Positions 41,814 to 50,903 are shown, counted from the first letter of the whole stretch. The stretch is 63,339 nt of DNA, filler included, from 4 parts of 4 records of this genome joined end to end with filler, not necessarily neighbours in it; one strand, 5' to 3'. Notes: generated by a model from the letters alone, not told the origin. Numbers and translations are program-made.

Positions 41814-42308
41814 ATGAATAAGGGCATGCTTTGTGCAATTGTATTACTATCTATAAATATAGTTGCATGCAACAATCAAAATAAATCAAAAACAGAATCT
41901 TACGCGGTTGAATCTAATCTAAATCAAAAAACTATAGAAATGAAAAGTCATATTTCAATTTTTGAAATTCCTGCAACGGATATTTCAAGGGCAGTAAATT
42001 TTTATCAAGCAATTTTAAATATTAATATTGAAAAAATAGAAATGCCAGGAATGGAGATGGGAATATTTCCATACGAAGAACAAATGGTAACAGGAGTAAT
42101 TATAAAAGGAGATGGATACAAACCTTCTGCTGATGGAGTAACAATATACCTAAATGGCGGAGACAATTTTCAAAACATTCTTGATAAAGTTGAAAAGAAT
42201 GGCGGAAAAATCCTTATGCCGAAAACAGCCCATGCAGATGAAAATGGATTTTTTGCTTTATTTTTGGATACAGAAGGAAATAGACTTGGTTTAAACTCCT
42301 CAAATTAA
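41814..42308 (+). CDS. VOC/glyoxalase family protein with possible lipoprotein signal
   Basis: FEIPATD...FY, GGKIL, FLDTEGNRLGL; ATG 41814 gives IVAC lipobox, alternative ATG 41940. Confidence 0.85.
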   Translation: MNKGMLCAIVLLSINIVACNNQNKSKTESYAVESNLNQKTIEMKSHISIFEIPATDISRAVNFYQAILNINIEKIEMPGMEMGIFPYEEQMVTGVIIKGDGYKPSADGVTIYLNGGDNFQNILDKVEKNGGKILMPKTAHADENGFFALFLDTEGNRLGLNSSN

Positions 42309-42793
42309 GTAGAAAAGAGCGAACGCTCAGCAATGTTTATAGGTAATAGCAGTAAACAGTGTTTTTCTTTGTAACATAGTAACTCCATAACTTTTAACTA
42401 GAACCGTTGTCAACATCTATACGTTAACAACGTTCTTAAGCTATATATAACTCTTATTTTGAATTCCACGAGAGCTTACTCCAAAATATTTTACTAAAAA
42501 ACTTGTGTCCTACTTACTTGTAAGAATTACCTATGCCACACAGTAAGAAATAAATTATGAATTTAAATTCATCTTAAAACACTTTTAGTTTACTAAAAGC
42601 TCTGTGTTTTTATGTTTGAAGTGGTTTATTCAATTCAAAATCAATAAAATCTACAAGGCCTTATAATTTTCTTCTATTATGATAGCTCCCTTACACAATT
42701 TAATAAATTTTAACATTTTATATTTAAATAGTTGACTGTGAGTTTATTGTGTGTTTTTAGTGATGGGTTATTTTAATTTTTCGATAAAAGTAC

Positions 42794-42821
42794 ATGTGAC
42801 CTTTTCAAAAAACGTGTGTCT
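42794..42821 (+). promoter_or_regulatory. Second copy of the candidate ECF sigma promoter
   Basis: ATGTGACCTTTTCAAAAAACGTGTGTCT versus ATGTGACCATTTCTTACTTCTTGTGTCT. Confidence 0.6.
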
Positions 42822-42881
42822 TATAATATAGAGAAGCAAACGCCAAAACATATAATAAGATATAAATTAAATAGATAAATA

Positions 42882-43001
42882 ATGGAAATGGTTTTTTTAC
42901 TTATTCAATTTTTAATTTTGCCAGGATTAATTTTTTTGATTTTGATTAGTTGGTTTGATTACAAAAAGTCTAGAGAAACTTATATGAAGTTGAAAAAATG
43001 A
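42882..43001 (+). CDS. Unannotated 39-aa single-pass membrane peptide
   Basis: MEMVFLLIQFLILPGLIFLILISWFDYKKSRETYMKLKK; hydrophobic stretch plus basic tail, A-rich leader, upstream motif and downstream terminator. Confidence 0.55.
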   Translation: MEMVFLLIQFLILPGLIFLILISWFDYKKSRETYMKLKK

Positions 43002-43062
43002 AATGATAAGTAAGAAATTGCAATAGTTGTTACATTATGAGGGTTTTGTAGCAATAATTTCC

Positions 43063-43105
43063 AAAACAGTAGCGCTTAAGATTAATTTCTTAAGCGCTGT
43101 TTTTT
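43063..43105. terminator. Bidirectional intrinsic terminator
   Basis: AGCGCTTAAGA...TCTTAAGCGCT stem, T-run on the right, A-run on the left. Confidence 0.8.
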
Positions 43106-44619
43106 TATCGCATGGCTTTACTTAAGATTCCCATAACACCTCTTATAAAAGTAGCACTTGTTAGCACTTTTATAATAGGATTCATAGCCGAACTTTTTCG
43201 AGTAGAAGTTCTCGAAGTCTTTTTTTGTTCTTCTTTTGCTTTTTGCTGAGCCTCCTCAGTTTGTGCTTTTTCAATTTTTTTATTTAGAAGTTCATACGCA
43301 CTTTCACGATCTACTACCTCATTGTATTTTGGAATTAATTTAGACGCACTAATTACTTGTTTTACTTCAGTATCTGTTAAAATATCCATTCTACTCATAG
43401 GAGCTCTTAACATAGTTGCAGCTAAAGGTGTTGGTCGCCCTTTTTCATCTAAAGCAGAGATGAGAGCCTCTCCAATTCCGAGTGAAGTAAGCACTTCTGA
43501 AGTATTGTAAAAATCTGAAATAGGGTAATTCTCTGCAGTTAGTTTTATTGCTTTTCGGTCTTTTGCAGTAAAAGCACGTAATGCATGTTGAATTTTTAAT
43601 CCGAGTTGAGAAAGTACAGCATCTGGAACATCAGTTGGGTTTTGCGTTACAAAATAGAGTCCAATTCCTTTAGAGCGAATTAGTTTTACAATACTCTCTA
43701 TTTGGTCTAAAAGTGCGTCTGAAGCCTCATTGAAAATAAGGTGTGCTTCGTCTATAAATATAACAAGCTCTGGACGGTCGCTATCTCCTTGTTCAGGAAA
43801 AGTAGCATAAACCTCGGCTAGTAGACTCAACATAAAAGTAGAAAAAAGTTTAGGCTTGTCTTGTATATCTGTTAATCGGATTATGTTTATAATTCCTTTA
43901 CCATTCTCATCAATACGGGTAAGATCTTCTACATCAAAAGATTTTTCACCAAAAAATAGGTCAGCTCCTTGTTGTTCTAATTCTATAATTTTACGTAAGA
44001 TAGCTCCAGTAGAAGATGTTGAAATTCGCCCATAGGCTTCTTGGAATTCTTCTTTTCCTTCGGAAGTACAGTATTGTAATATTTTTTTGAAGTCTTTTAA
44101 ATCAAGAAGCGGAAGCTGGTGGTCGTCACAATATTTAAAAAGCACCGCTACAATTCCTTGTTGCGTATCTGTTAGGTCTAAAATCCGAGATAGTAAAATA
44201 GGACCAAATTCAGAGATGGTAGCACGAAGTCGCACTCCGTTCTGTTCGGATAAAGTAAGGATGTCTATAGGAAATTTTTTTGCTTCGTATGGAAATCCAA
44301 TTTTGGTATGTCGCTCTTGTATTTTAGCATTATCATTTCCGGGTTGTGCTAGTCCGCTAAGGTCTCCCTTTAAATCCATCAACAAAACTGGAATTCCTTT
44401 TTCCGAAAGATTTTCGGCTAGAATTTGAAGTGTTTTTGTTTTTCCGGTTCCTGTGGCACCGGCTATGAGTCCGTGTCGGTTTAAAGTTTTTAGAGGGATT
44501 TTAACCAAGGCATTTGTTAGCGGGTCACCATCAAGCATGGCGGCTCCCATGCTTATATAATCACCTTTAGTTTTATAACCTTCTTCTATATGTTGAAAAA
44601 AAGCGTCTTTATTGCTCAT
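43105..44619 (-). CDS. DUF853/YjgR-like HerA-family ATPase
   Basis: NRHGLIAGATGTGKTKT, DLKGDLSG, FIDEAH, IRSKG, TQNP, QHALRAF. Confidence 0.9.
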   Translation of the reverse strand: MSNKDAFFQHIEEGYKTKGDYISMGAAMLDGDPLTNALVKIPLKTLNRHGLIAGATGTGKTKTLQILAENLSEKGIPVLLMDLKGDLSGLAQPGNDNAKIQERHTKIGFPYEAKKFPIDILTLSEQNGVRLRATISEFGPILLSRILDLTDTQQGIVAVLFKYCDDHQLPLLDLKDFKKILQYCTSEGKEEFQEAYGRISTSSTGAILRKIIELEQQGADLFFGEKSFDVEDLTRIDENGKGIINIIRLTDIQDKPKLFSTFMLSLLAEVYATFPEQGDSDRPELVIFIDEAHLIFNEASDALLDQIESIVKLIRSKGIGLYFVTQNPTDVPDAVLSQLGLKIQHALRAFTAKDRKAIKLTAENYPISDFYNTSEVLTSLGIGEALISALDEKGRPTPLAATMLRAPMSRMDILTDTEVKQVISASKLIPKYNEVVDRESAYELLNKKIEKAQTEEAQQKAKEEQKKTSRTSTRKSSAMNPIIKVLTSATFIRGVMGILSKAMR

Positions 44620-44733
44620 CTTGAAATTATTTGCTATTGAACATGTTTACTAAAATAAGGTAAAGTTTGCTAAGTTGAAAGGAGTATTTTTTTATAGTGT
44701 TACCATTAGTAAGCGTACGCTAATTATTGATGC

Positions 44734-44775
44734 TAGCCCTGATTGAGCTAACTACCGTGTAGTAGCGAAAGCAGG
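44734..44775 (+). ncRNA. Structured intergenic hairpin with tandem G-A pairs (possibly Flavo-1-like)
   Basis: CCTG/CAGG outer stem, GA/GA internal loop, GCT/AGC and ACTAC/GTAGT inner stem; family assignment from memory only. Confidence 0.35.
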
Positions 44776-44833
44776 AAATGGCGACTCCAAAAAAGCAATA
44801 GGAAATGGCTACTAAAAATAAAAAAGGAAAACG

Positions 44834-44841
44834 TATCTTTG
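44834..44841 (+). promoter_or_regulatory. Bacteroidota -7 promoter element TATCTTTG, 4 nt before the queE start codon
   Basis: Exact TAnnTTTG match. Confidence 0.6.
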
Positions 44842-44845
44842 CGGC

Positions 44846-45478
44846 ATGACAAAAGAAGCGATCTTAGCGAAGGTAAATGCGGGGGAAATGCTCCCGTTGA
44901 TGGAGGAGTTTTATACCATCCAGGGAGAGGGGTTTTACAAAGGGACAGCAGCTTATTTTATTAGAATAGGAGGCTGTGATGTGGGTTGCCATTGGTGCGA
45001 TGTTAAGGAAAGTTGGAATGCCGAAACCCACCCGCCAACAGCGGTTGATACTATTGTAGAGAATGCTGCAAAATACTCAGATACTATTGTAATTACTGGA
45101 GGAGAGCCGCTTACTTGGGATATGACGTTTATTACTTCTGAATTAAAAAAGCGAGGCTTGAAAACGCATATTGAAACTTCTGGAGCGTATGAATTAACAG
45201 GAGAATGGGATTGGATTTGCCTTTCGCCAAAGAAAATGAAGTTGCCAACTGCAAAAGTGTACGAAAAAGCGAACGAGCTTAAATGTATTGTTTATAATAA
45301 AAATGATTTTGAGTTTGCTGAAGCTCAAGCTGAAAAGGTAGGAAAAGACTGCATTTTATACTTACAACCAGAATGGAGTAAACGTGATAAGATGATTCCA
45401 GAGATAGTGGAGTACGTAATGAAGAATCCGAAATGGAAAGTGTCTTTACAAACCCATAAATACTTGAATATTCCTTAG
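44846..45478 (+). CDS. queE: 7-carboxy-7-deazaguanine synthase (radical SAM)
   Basis: FYTIQGEG, CDVGCHWCD, ITGGEP, HIETSG, LSPK, SLQTHK. Confidence 0.93.
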   Translation: MTKEAILAKVNAGEMLPLMEEFYTIQGEGFYKGTAAYFIRIGGCDVGCHWCDVKESWNAETHPPTAVDTIVENAAKYSDTIVITGGEPLTWDMTFITSELKKRGLKTHIETSGAYELTGEWDWICLSPKKMKLPTAKVYEKANELKCIVYNKNDFEFAEAQAEKVGKDCILYLQPEWSKRDKMIPEIVEYVMKNPKWKVSLQTHKYLNIP

Positions 45479-45509
45479 TTGAAAGTTGAAAATTGCTTCC
45501 TATATGTTG

Positions 45510-46217
45510 TTATTTTTTAGTGAGTTGGGCTAGGTAATCGTAATGTTTGCCTTCGGCTAGGAGATTACATTGGAGTCCTACCATTTCGCAAAAGAGGCTT
45601 AAAGTATTAAAGTCTAAATACAGCCATGTTGTAGTTTCTGTTTCTCCTTTATATTTGAGGGTATAGGTAAGTTCGCCATAGTAATCATTATCCATAGGAA
45701 TCCATTTTCCGCCATCTTCATCCTCATCAAACATGTAGATAATATCTGTAGAATCGATAAGTATTTGTCCGTTATCAGTAAGTAAGTTTTTTAGGTGTGT
45801 TAGTTTTTCTGGAACACTTTTATAGGTTCCAAAAATTCCAGTACCATTCATGAGCATTAAAATGGTATCATATTTTTTATCCTTTAGCTCGAAAACATCT
45901 TTTTGAAATGCATCTTTAAGACCTCTTTTTTTAGCAACCTCAATAGCTCCAGCAGAAATATCAATAGCAGTTACAGAGTTTTTTTTAGTTTCTTGTAAGT
46001 ATAATGCATGGCTCCCAGCACCGCATCCTATATCGAGGATATTACCAAAACTTTTATCTAAGGCTTTTTTCTCCAAAGGAGGCATCTCTTTATAACTTCT
46101 AAATAAATAGGAAATAGGAAGAATATCTTCTTCGGAGATGGAGGTTTCGGTAAGAACTTCTTCTAAAAAATTATCAGAATAAAAGTCTACAATAGCTTTC
46201 CCGAGGAGGTCTTTCAA
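45510..46217 (-). CDS. Class I SAM-dependent methyltransferase
   Basis: ILDIGCGAG motif I, AIDIS, YDTI; TTG start. Confidence 0.88.
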   Translation of the reverse strand: MKDLLGKAIVDFYSDNFLEEVLTETSISEEDILPISYLFRSYKEMPPLEKKALDKSFGNILDIGCGAGSHALYLQETKKNSVTAIDISAGAIEVAKKRGLKDAFQKDVFELKDKKYDTILMLMNGTGIFGTYKSVPEKLTHLKNLLTDNGQILIDSTDIIYMFDEDEDGGKWIPMDNDYYGELTYTLKYKGETETTTWLYLDFNTLSLFCEMVGLQCNLLAEGKHYDYLAQLTKK

Positions 46218-46220
46218 AGT

Positions 46221-46892
46221 TTATTTATTAATGTTGACATAATATTTAAAGAAAGTAATTAAATCGTCTTCTTTCTTTAAATTCAATTTCTTTTCTTTTA
46301 CAAATTTATCTAATTGTTTGTTATCAAACTGTTTTAAAATCTTTTTTGTGTTACTCTCCAGAGGAATAGCATAAGAACTTCCTTTTAACTTTATAAAGTA
46401 ATCTTCGTTATCGCTAAACTTAGCAGGTTTATCTTTTTGGTAACCTGTGTTTGCTTTTTCTGGTGGATAATATATTTTGGTGTATTTGTTTAAAAGCATA
46501 TCATCTGCTGTACAGAAAAGACAAACCATATATCCAGTCTTCTTTTCATTTTTGTCTTGGTAGTCTACTAAATATAGCTTTTTACCATGAATCTCGTAGG
46601 CATAATTTGGCTTTGTAGAACCTTTATAGATCTCAGATTCCGACATTTTAATTTCGATATAATCTTTGTAAATATTGTACCGTAAATCTACATTATCATA
46701 CACTTTTCCATCTGCAAAAATTTTTCCTTTTGTAAATTCATCTCCATTTAAATATATAGAACCTTCTAAACCAGCAAATTCGTTAGAACTTTTAGTGTCT
46801 ATTAATGGACCATTTTGGTATCCATATTGATCAATTTGCGCTTGGAGTAAAGTACAAGCGAGGATGCATAGTAATAAGATTATTTTTCTCAT
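46221..46892 (-). CDS. Secreted hypothetical protein
   Basis: MRKIILLLCILACTLLQA signal peptide; no family recognised. Confidence 0.7.
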   Translation of the reverse strand: MRKIILLLCILACTLLQAQIDQYGYQNGPLIDTKSSNEFAGLEGSIYLNGDEFTKGKIFADGKVYDNVDLRYNIYKDYIEIKMSESEIYKGSTKPNYAYEIHGKKLYLVDYQDKNEKKTGYMVCLFCTADDMLLNKYTKIYYPPEKANTGYQKDKPAKFSDNEDYFIKLKGSSYAIPLESNTKKILKQFDNKQLDKFVKEKKLNLKKEDDLITFFKYYVNINK

Positions 46893-47046
46893 AAGAATGT
46901 AATTCATTTACAGTAAATTAAGAGGAATTTTCTTTAAAATCCAAAAAAATATTAAAACATATTAATGAAAATAAGACAGGAACAGTTATTCTATAATAAG
47001 CCTTATCTTTGTAGCTGAAAGGATTTTTTCTTCTGATAAGAAATAA

Positions 47047-47541
47047 ATGGACGATTTTTTAAAACAACTCCCGCAACTGGCTAAAGACAAGCAAAACGAG
47101 AACAAAAAGTATTTTGCTAAATTACGAAAGAAGCCACCAAAAAATATAGATTATGTAATGCAAGAATTGCATGAAGTGGAGTTTGAAAAAACCGATTGCT
47201 TAACATGTGCAAATTGTTGTAAAACTACTGGTCCGCTATTTACCAATGCAGATATTGAACGTATTTCAAAACATTTTAAGCAGAAGCCCCAGCAGTTTAT
47301 AGATACTTATTTAAGAATTGATGAAGACAATGATTATGTCTTACAAGAAGTGCCTTGCACATTTTTAGGAGCCGATAATTATTGCTTAATTTATGACGTA
47401 CGCCCTAAAGCTTGTCGCGAATATCCACATACGGACAGAAAGAAATTTCAGCAGATAAGCAATTTAACTATAAAAAATACAGCCATATGTCCTGCCGTAT
47501 ATAATATTGTAGAGGCTATGAAAGCAAAACTTCCAAAATAA
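47047..47541 (+). CDS. YkgJ family cysteine-cluster protein
   Basis: CLTCANCC, CTFL...C.IY..RPKACREYP. Confidence 0.88.
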   Translation: MDDFLKQLPQLAKDKQNENKKYFAKLRKKPPKNIDYVMQELHEVEFEKTDCLTCANCCKTTGPLFTNADIERISKHFKQKPQQFIDTYLRIDEDNDYVLQEVPCTFLGADNYCLIYDVRPKACREYPHTDRKKFQQISNLTIKNTAICPAVYNIVEAMKAKLPK

Positions 47542-47610
47542 AATTTTTGTAAAATAGAGTGAGTTTAAGTCATTTATATTTCAAATTAAAAATTATTGTA
47601 TCTTGTTTAT

Positions 47611-48426
47611 ATGGAAACTTTAATTACTTATTTTGAAACAATTCCGTCCTCACATCGGAGTTTAATTTTGATTTCGGGGATTACTTTTTTTTGGATATTG
47701 GAGTACGGAATACCATTATTTAAATTTAGGTATCATAAACTTAAACATGCTTGGCCTAATATTTTCTTTACGTTTACTACTATTATTGTTAATTTTTTAT
47801 TGGCATTTATTCTTTTAAAAACAAGCGATTGGGTGGTTGTAAATGGTTTTGGAATCCTTCAATGGATAGCATTTCCAATGTGGGCAACAGTGTTATTAGG
47901 AGTGCTTTTGTTAGATTTTATAGGGGCTTGGTTGGCGCATTGGGTGCAACATAAGGTTAAGGTGTTATGGAAGTTTCATTTAATACATCATACAGATACC
48001 TATGTAGATACTACAACAGCAAATAGGCACCATCCTGGGGAGAGTTTTGTACGGTTTGTTTTTACAACTTTAGGAGTGTTTATAGGAGGAATTCCAGTAG
48101 GAATTGTACTATTATATCAGTCGCTTTCCGTGGTTTTTTCTCAATTTAATCATGCAAATATTAAATTACCAAAAAAACTGGATACCTTGTTGAGTTGGGT
48201 TTTTGTATCTCCAGATATGCATAAAGTACATCACCATTATGTCTTACCGTATACCGACACTAATTACGGAAATATCTTTGCTATCTGGGATCGGCTTTTA
48301 GGTACTTTTTCTAAAATGAATTCAAAAGATTTGATCTACGGAATAGACACACATCCAGATATAAATACATCTACAAGAGTAGGGAAATTATTAAAAATCC
48401 CTTTTGAAAAATATAGAAACAGTTAA
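47611..48426 (+). CDS. Sterol desaturase/fatty acid hydroxylase family protein
   Basis: HWVQH, HLIHH, RHHP, FNHAN, HKVHH, NYG; ATG 47611 preferred. Confidence 0.88.
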   Translation: METLITYFETIPSSHRSLILISGITFFWILEYGIPLFKFRYHKLKHAWPNIFFTFTTIIVNFLLAFILLKTSDWVVVNGFGILQWIAFPMWATVLLGVLLLDFIGAWLAHWVQHKVKVLWKFHLIHHTDTYVDTTTANRHHPGESFVRFVFTTLGVFIGGIPVGIVLLYQSLSVVFSQFNHANIKLPKKLDTLLSWVFVSPDMHKVHHHYVLPYTDTNYGNIFAIWDRLLGTFSKMNSKDLIYGIDTHPDINTSTRVGKLLKIPFEKYRNS

Positions 48427-48434
48427 AACGTGTG

Positions 48435-49664
48435 TTATTCGTAAATTAAATAGTTGCTTCTAATTTTTTTAAAATTTTCTATGTCTGCTTGCCATGAGGC
48501 TTTAATTTCTTCATTACTCATTCCTGCCTCTATTTGTTTTTGTAGTTTTTCATTTCCAGCATGGAGTGTAAATCCAGAGGTCTTAAAGAAATTAAATTTA
48601 TCGGTGGAATTTTCATAAGCTTTAATAATCCATTTCATAGTAACTTCTTTAGGCGGTGTTATTTCTGAAAGATTTTCCCCATAACATATTTTTCCATTTT
48701 GTTTTGGATCTTTAGAGCCAAAATTAGGCTTTGGAGTGTATTCAAAAGAAAACACTTTTTTATCCAACCATGGAGCACCATAACGCTGAAATTGGAATTC
48801 TGTTCCTCTTCCTGCATTTACATTAGTACCTTCAAAAAGCCCTAAACTAGGATATAGCAAAATAGATTGATCATTAGGTAAATTAGGAGAAGGACGAATT
48901 GGTAAACTATATGCTAGGCTATGATTGTAATTTTTAACAGGAATAACGGTTAAATCGCACTTTACTTTATTGGCTAACCAAAGCTCTCCGTTAAGCATTT
49001 TTCCGTACTCTCCAATAGTTAATCCATATACAAGCGGAATAGGAACTTTTCCTAAAAAACTAGCATGTTCAACTTCAAGTGTAGGGCCATCAACATAGCT
49101 AGCATTGGGATTTGGACGGTCTAATATAATTAGTGGAATGTTATTTTCGGCGCAAGCTTCCATTACCAAATGTAGGGTTGAAGTGTAGGTGTAAAAACGC
49201 ACTCCTACATCTTGAATATCAAACACCATAACATCTATAGCATTTAATTGGGCAGCAGCTGGTTTTTTATGTTTCCCGTATAAGGATACAATTTCCAAAC
49301 TTGTTTTAGCATCTCTATTTCCTTCAACAAGCTCTCCAGCATCCGCTTTTCCTCTAAAACCATGCTCAGGCGAAAATATTTTTTGAATATTTACTTGTAA
49401 AGCTGTAAGAGAATCAACCAAATGTGTGTAGTTACCATCTTCTTTATAAATAACAGAAGTCTGATTGGCTACTATTCCAACTTTTTTATTTTTTAAAAGA
49501 GATAAATATTCTTCAGTTCTATTAGCGCCAACAATAATTGGAGTTTCTTTTGGTTTTTCTTCAGTAGAAATATCAACTTTTTTTTCTTGATTTCCATTCG
49601 CACAGGAAATCACTACTAAAAACAATAATAAAAATGTATTTTTGAAACTCATAAAGTATCGCAT
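48435..49664 (-). CDS. namZ: Exo-beta-N-acetylmuramidase NamZ (DUF1343) lipoprotein
   Basis: FSPEHGFRG, SLYG, DIQDVGVRFYTY, DRPNP, PSPNLP, GRGT; ISC lipobox. Confidence 0.88.
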   Translation of the reverse strand: MRYFMSFKNTFLLLFLVVISCANGNQEKKVDISTEEKPKETPIIVGANRTEEYLSLLKNKKVGIVANQTSVIYKEDGNYTHLVDSLTALQVNIQKIFSPEHGFRGKADAGELVEGNRDAKTSLEIVSLYGKHKKPAAAQLNAIDVMVFDIQDVGVRFYTYTSTLHLVMEACAENNIPLIILDRPNPNASYVDGPTLEVEHASFLGKVPIPLVYGLTIGEYGKMLNGELWLANKVKCDLTVIPVKNYNHSLAYSLPIRPSPNLPNDQSILLYPSLGLFEGTNVNAGRGTEFQFQRYGAPWLDKKVFSFEYTPKPNFGSKDPKQNGKICYGENLSEITPPKEVTMKWIIKAYENSTDKFNFFKTSGFTLHAGNEKLQKQIEAGMSNEEIKASWQADIENFKKIRSNYLIYE

Positions 49665-49667
49665 AGT

Positions 49668-50903
49668 TTGAATTTAGAATATTTTATTGCCAAACGCCTT
49701 ATAAAGGGAAAGGAGCATAAAAGTAGTATATCGGCACCAATAATAAAAATCGCTATTGCAGCAATTGCAATGGGGGTTATTATGATGTTGATTGCAATTG
49801 CCACTGGAGTTGGTTTACAACGAAAAATCCGTGAAAAAATTGCAGCTTTTAATGGGCATGTTCAAATTTATAATTACGATAATAATACCTCGGATGTTTC
49901 TGTGAATCCGATTTCCATCCATCAAGATTTTTATCCAGAATTTAAAAACGTAAGTGGCATTAGTCATGTGCAAGCAGTAGCTACAAAAGGAGGGATTATA
50001 CGCACAAAAAATACTTTTGAAGGGATTATAGCCAAAGGAGTTGGCGCCGATTATAACTGGGATCCTTTTAAAGATTTTTTAGTTGAAGGGAGAATCCCCG
50101 ATTATTCTGGAAAACGAAATGAAGAAATTTTAATTTCGAGATACTTAGCAAATCGGTTACAATTTAAAGTAGGAACCGAATTTTGGGCATTTTTTTTAAA
50201 AGATGAAGTGAGCGCCATTCCAAGTCAGGTGAAATTTAAGATTGTAGGTATTTACGATAGTGGCTTTCAAGATTTCGACGCCAATTACATTTTCGTTGAT
50301 TTACGCCATATTCAACGAATGAACAAATGGAAAGATGATGAGATTGGTACTTTTGAAGTTTTTTTAGACGATTTTGATCAAATAGAGCAAAAAGGAAGAG
50401 AGATTTATGGAGCAACGCTCTCCACACTAGATTCTCAAACAATTGCTGAAAAATACTACATCATCTTCGAATGGCTATCGTTATTCGATTTTAATATAGC
50501 TATAATCATAGGGATTATGATTATTGTAGGAGGGATAAATATGATAACTGCTCTGCTTGTTCTTATTTTAGAGCGTACTCAAATGATAGGACTTTTAAAA
50601 GCTTTAGGTTCTAATAATTGGAGTATTAGAAAAATATTTTTGTACAACGCCACTTACCTTATTGTTATTGGACTCTTTTGGGGAAATCTAATAGGGCTAG
50701 GAATCTTGTTTTTACAAGATAAATTTGGATTTATAAGCTTGGATGCCGCTACTTATTATGTTTCTGAAGCTCCAGTTTATATAAATCCTATTCATGTTAT
50801 TATTCTAAATGTTGGAGTGTTAATTTTATGCTTATTAATGCTTTTAATTCCTTCGTATATCATCACAAAAATATCTCCAGCAAGGTCGATTAAATTTGAA
50901 TAA
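49668..50903 (+). CDS. LolC/E-type (MacB/FtsX) ABC transporter permease
   Basis: One N-terminal TM, periplasmic domain, three C-terminal TMs, ERTQMIGLLKALG; TTG start. Confidence 0.85.
   Translation: MNLEYFIAKRLIKGKEHKSSISAPIIKIAIAAIAMGVIMMLIAIATGVGLQRKIREKIAAFNGHVQIYNYDNNTSDVSVNPISIHQDFYPEFKNVSGISHVQAVATKGGIIRTKNTFEGIIAKGVGADYNWDPFKDFLVEGRIPDYSGKRNEEILISRYLANRLQFKVGTEFWAFFLKDEVSAIPSQVKFKIVGIYDSGFQDFDANYIFVDLRHIQRMNKWKDDEIGTFEVFLDDFDQIEQKGREIYGATLSTLDSQTIAEKYYIIFEWLSLFDFNIAIIIGIMIIVGGINMITALLVLILERTQMIGLLKALGSNNWSIRKIFLYNATYLIVIGLFWGNLIGLGILFLQDKFGFISLDAATYYVSEAPVYINPIHVIILNVGVLILCLLMLLIPSYIITKISPARSIKFE

Noticed and set aside
43105..44619. HerA-like ATPase as part of an anti-phage defence system
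   Set aside because: Standalone DUF853/YjgR-type gene with no nuclease or Sir2 partner beside it
44734..44845. preQ1 riboswitch upstream of queE
   Set aside because: No preQ1-I stem-loop consensus recognised, and the proximal promoter leaves almost no leader
47611..48426. Sterol desaturase-family gene as evidence of sterol synthesis
   Set aside because: Widespread fatty acid hydroxylase superfamily; no squalene epoxidase or oxidosqualene cyclase nearby
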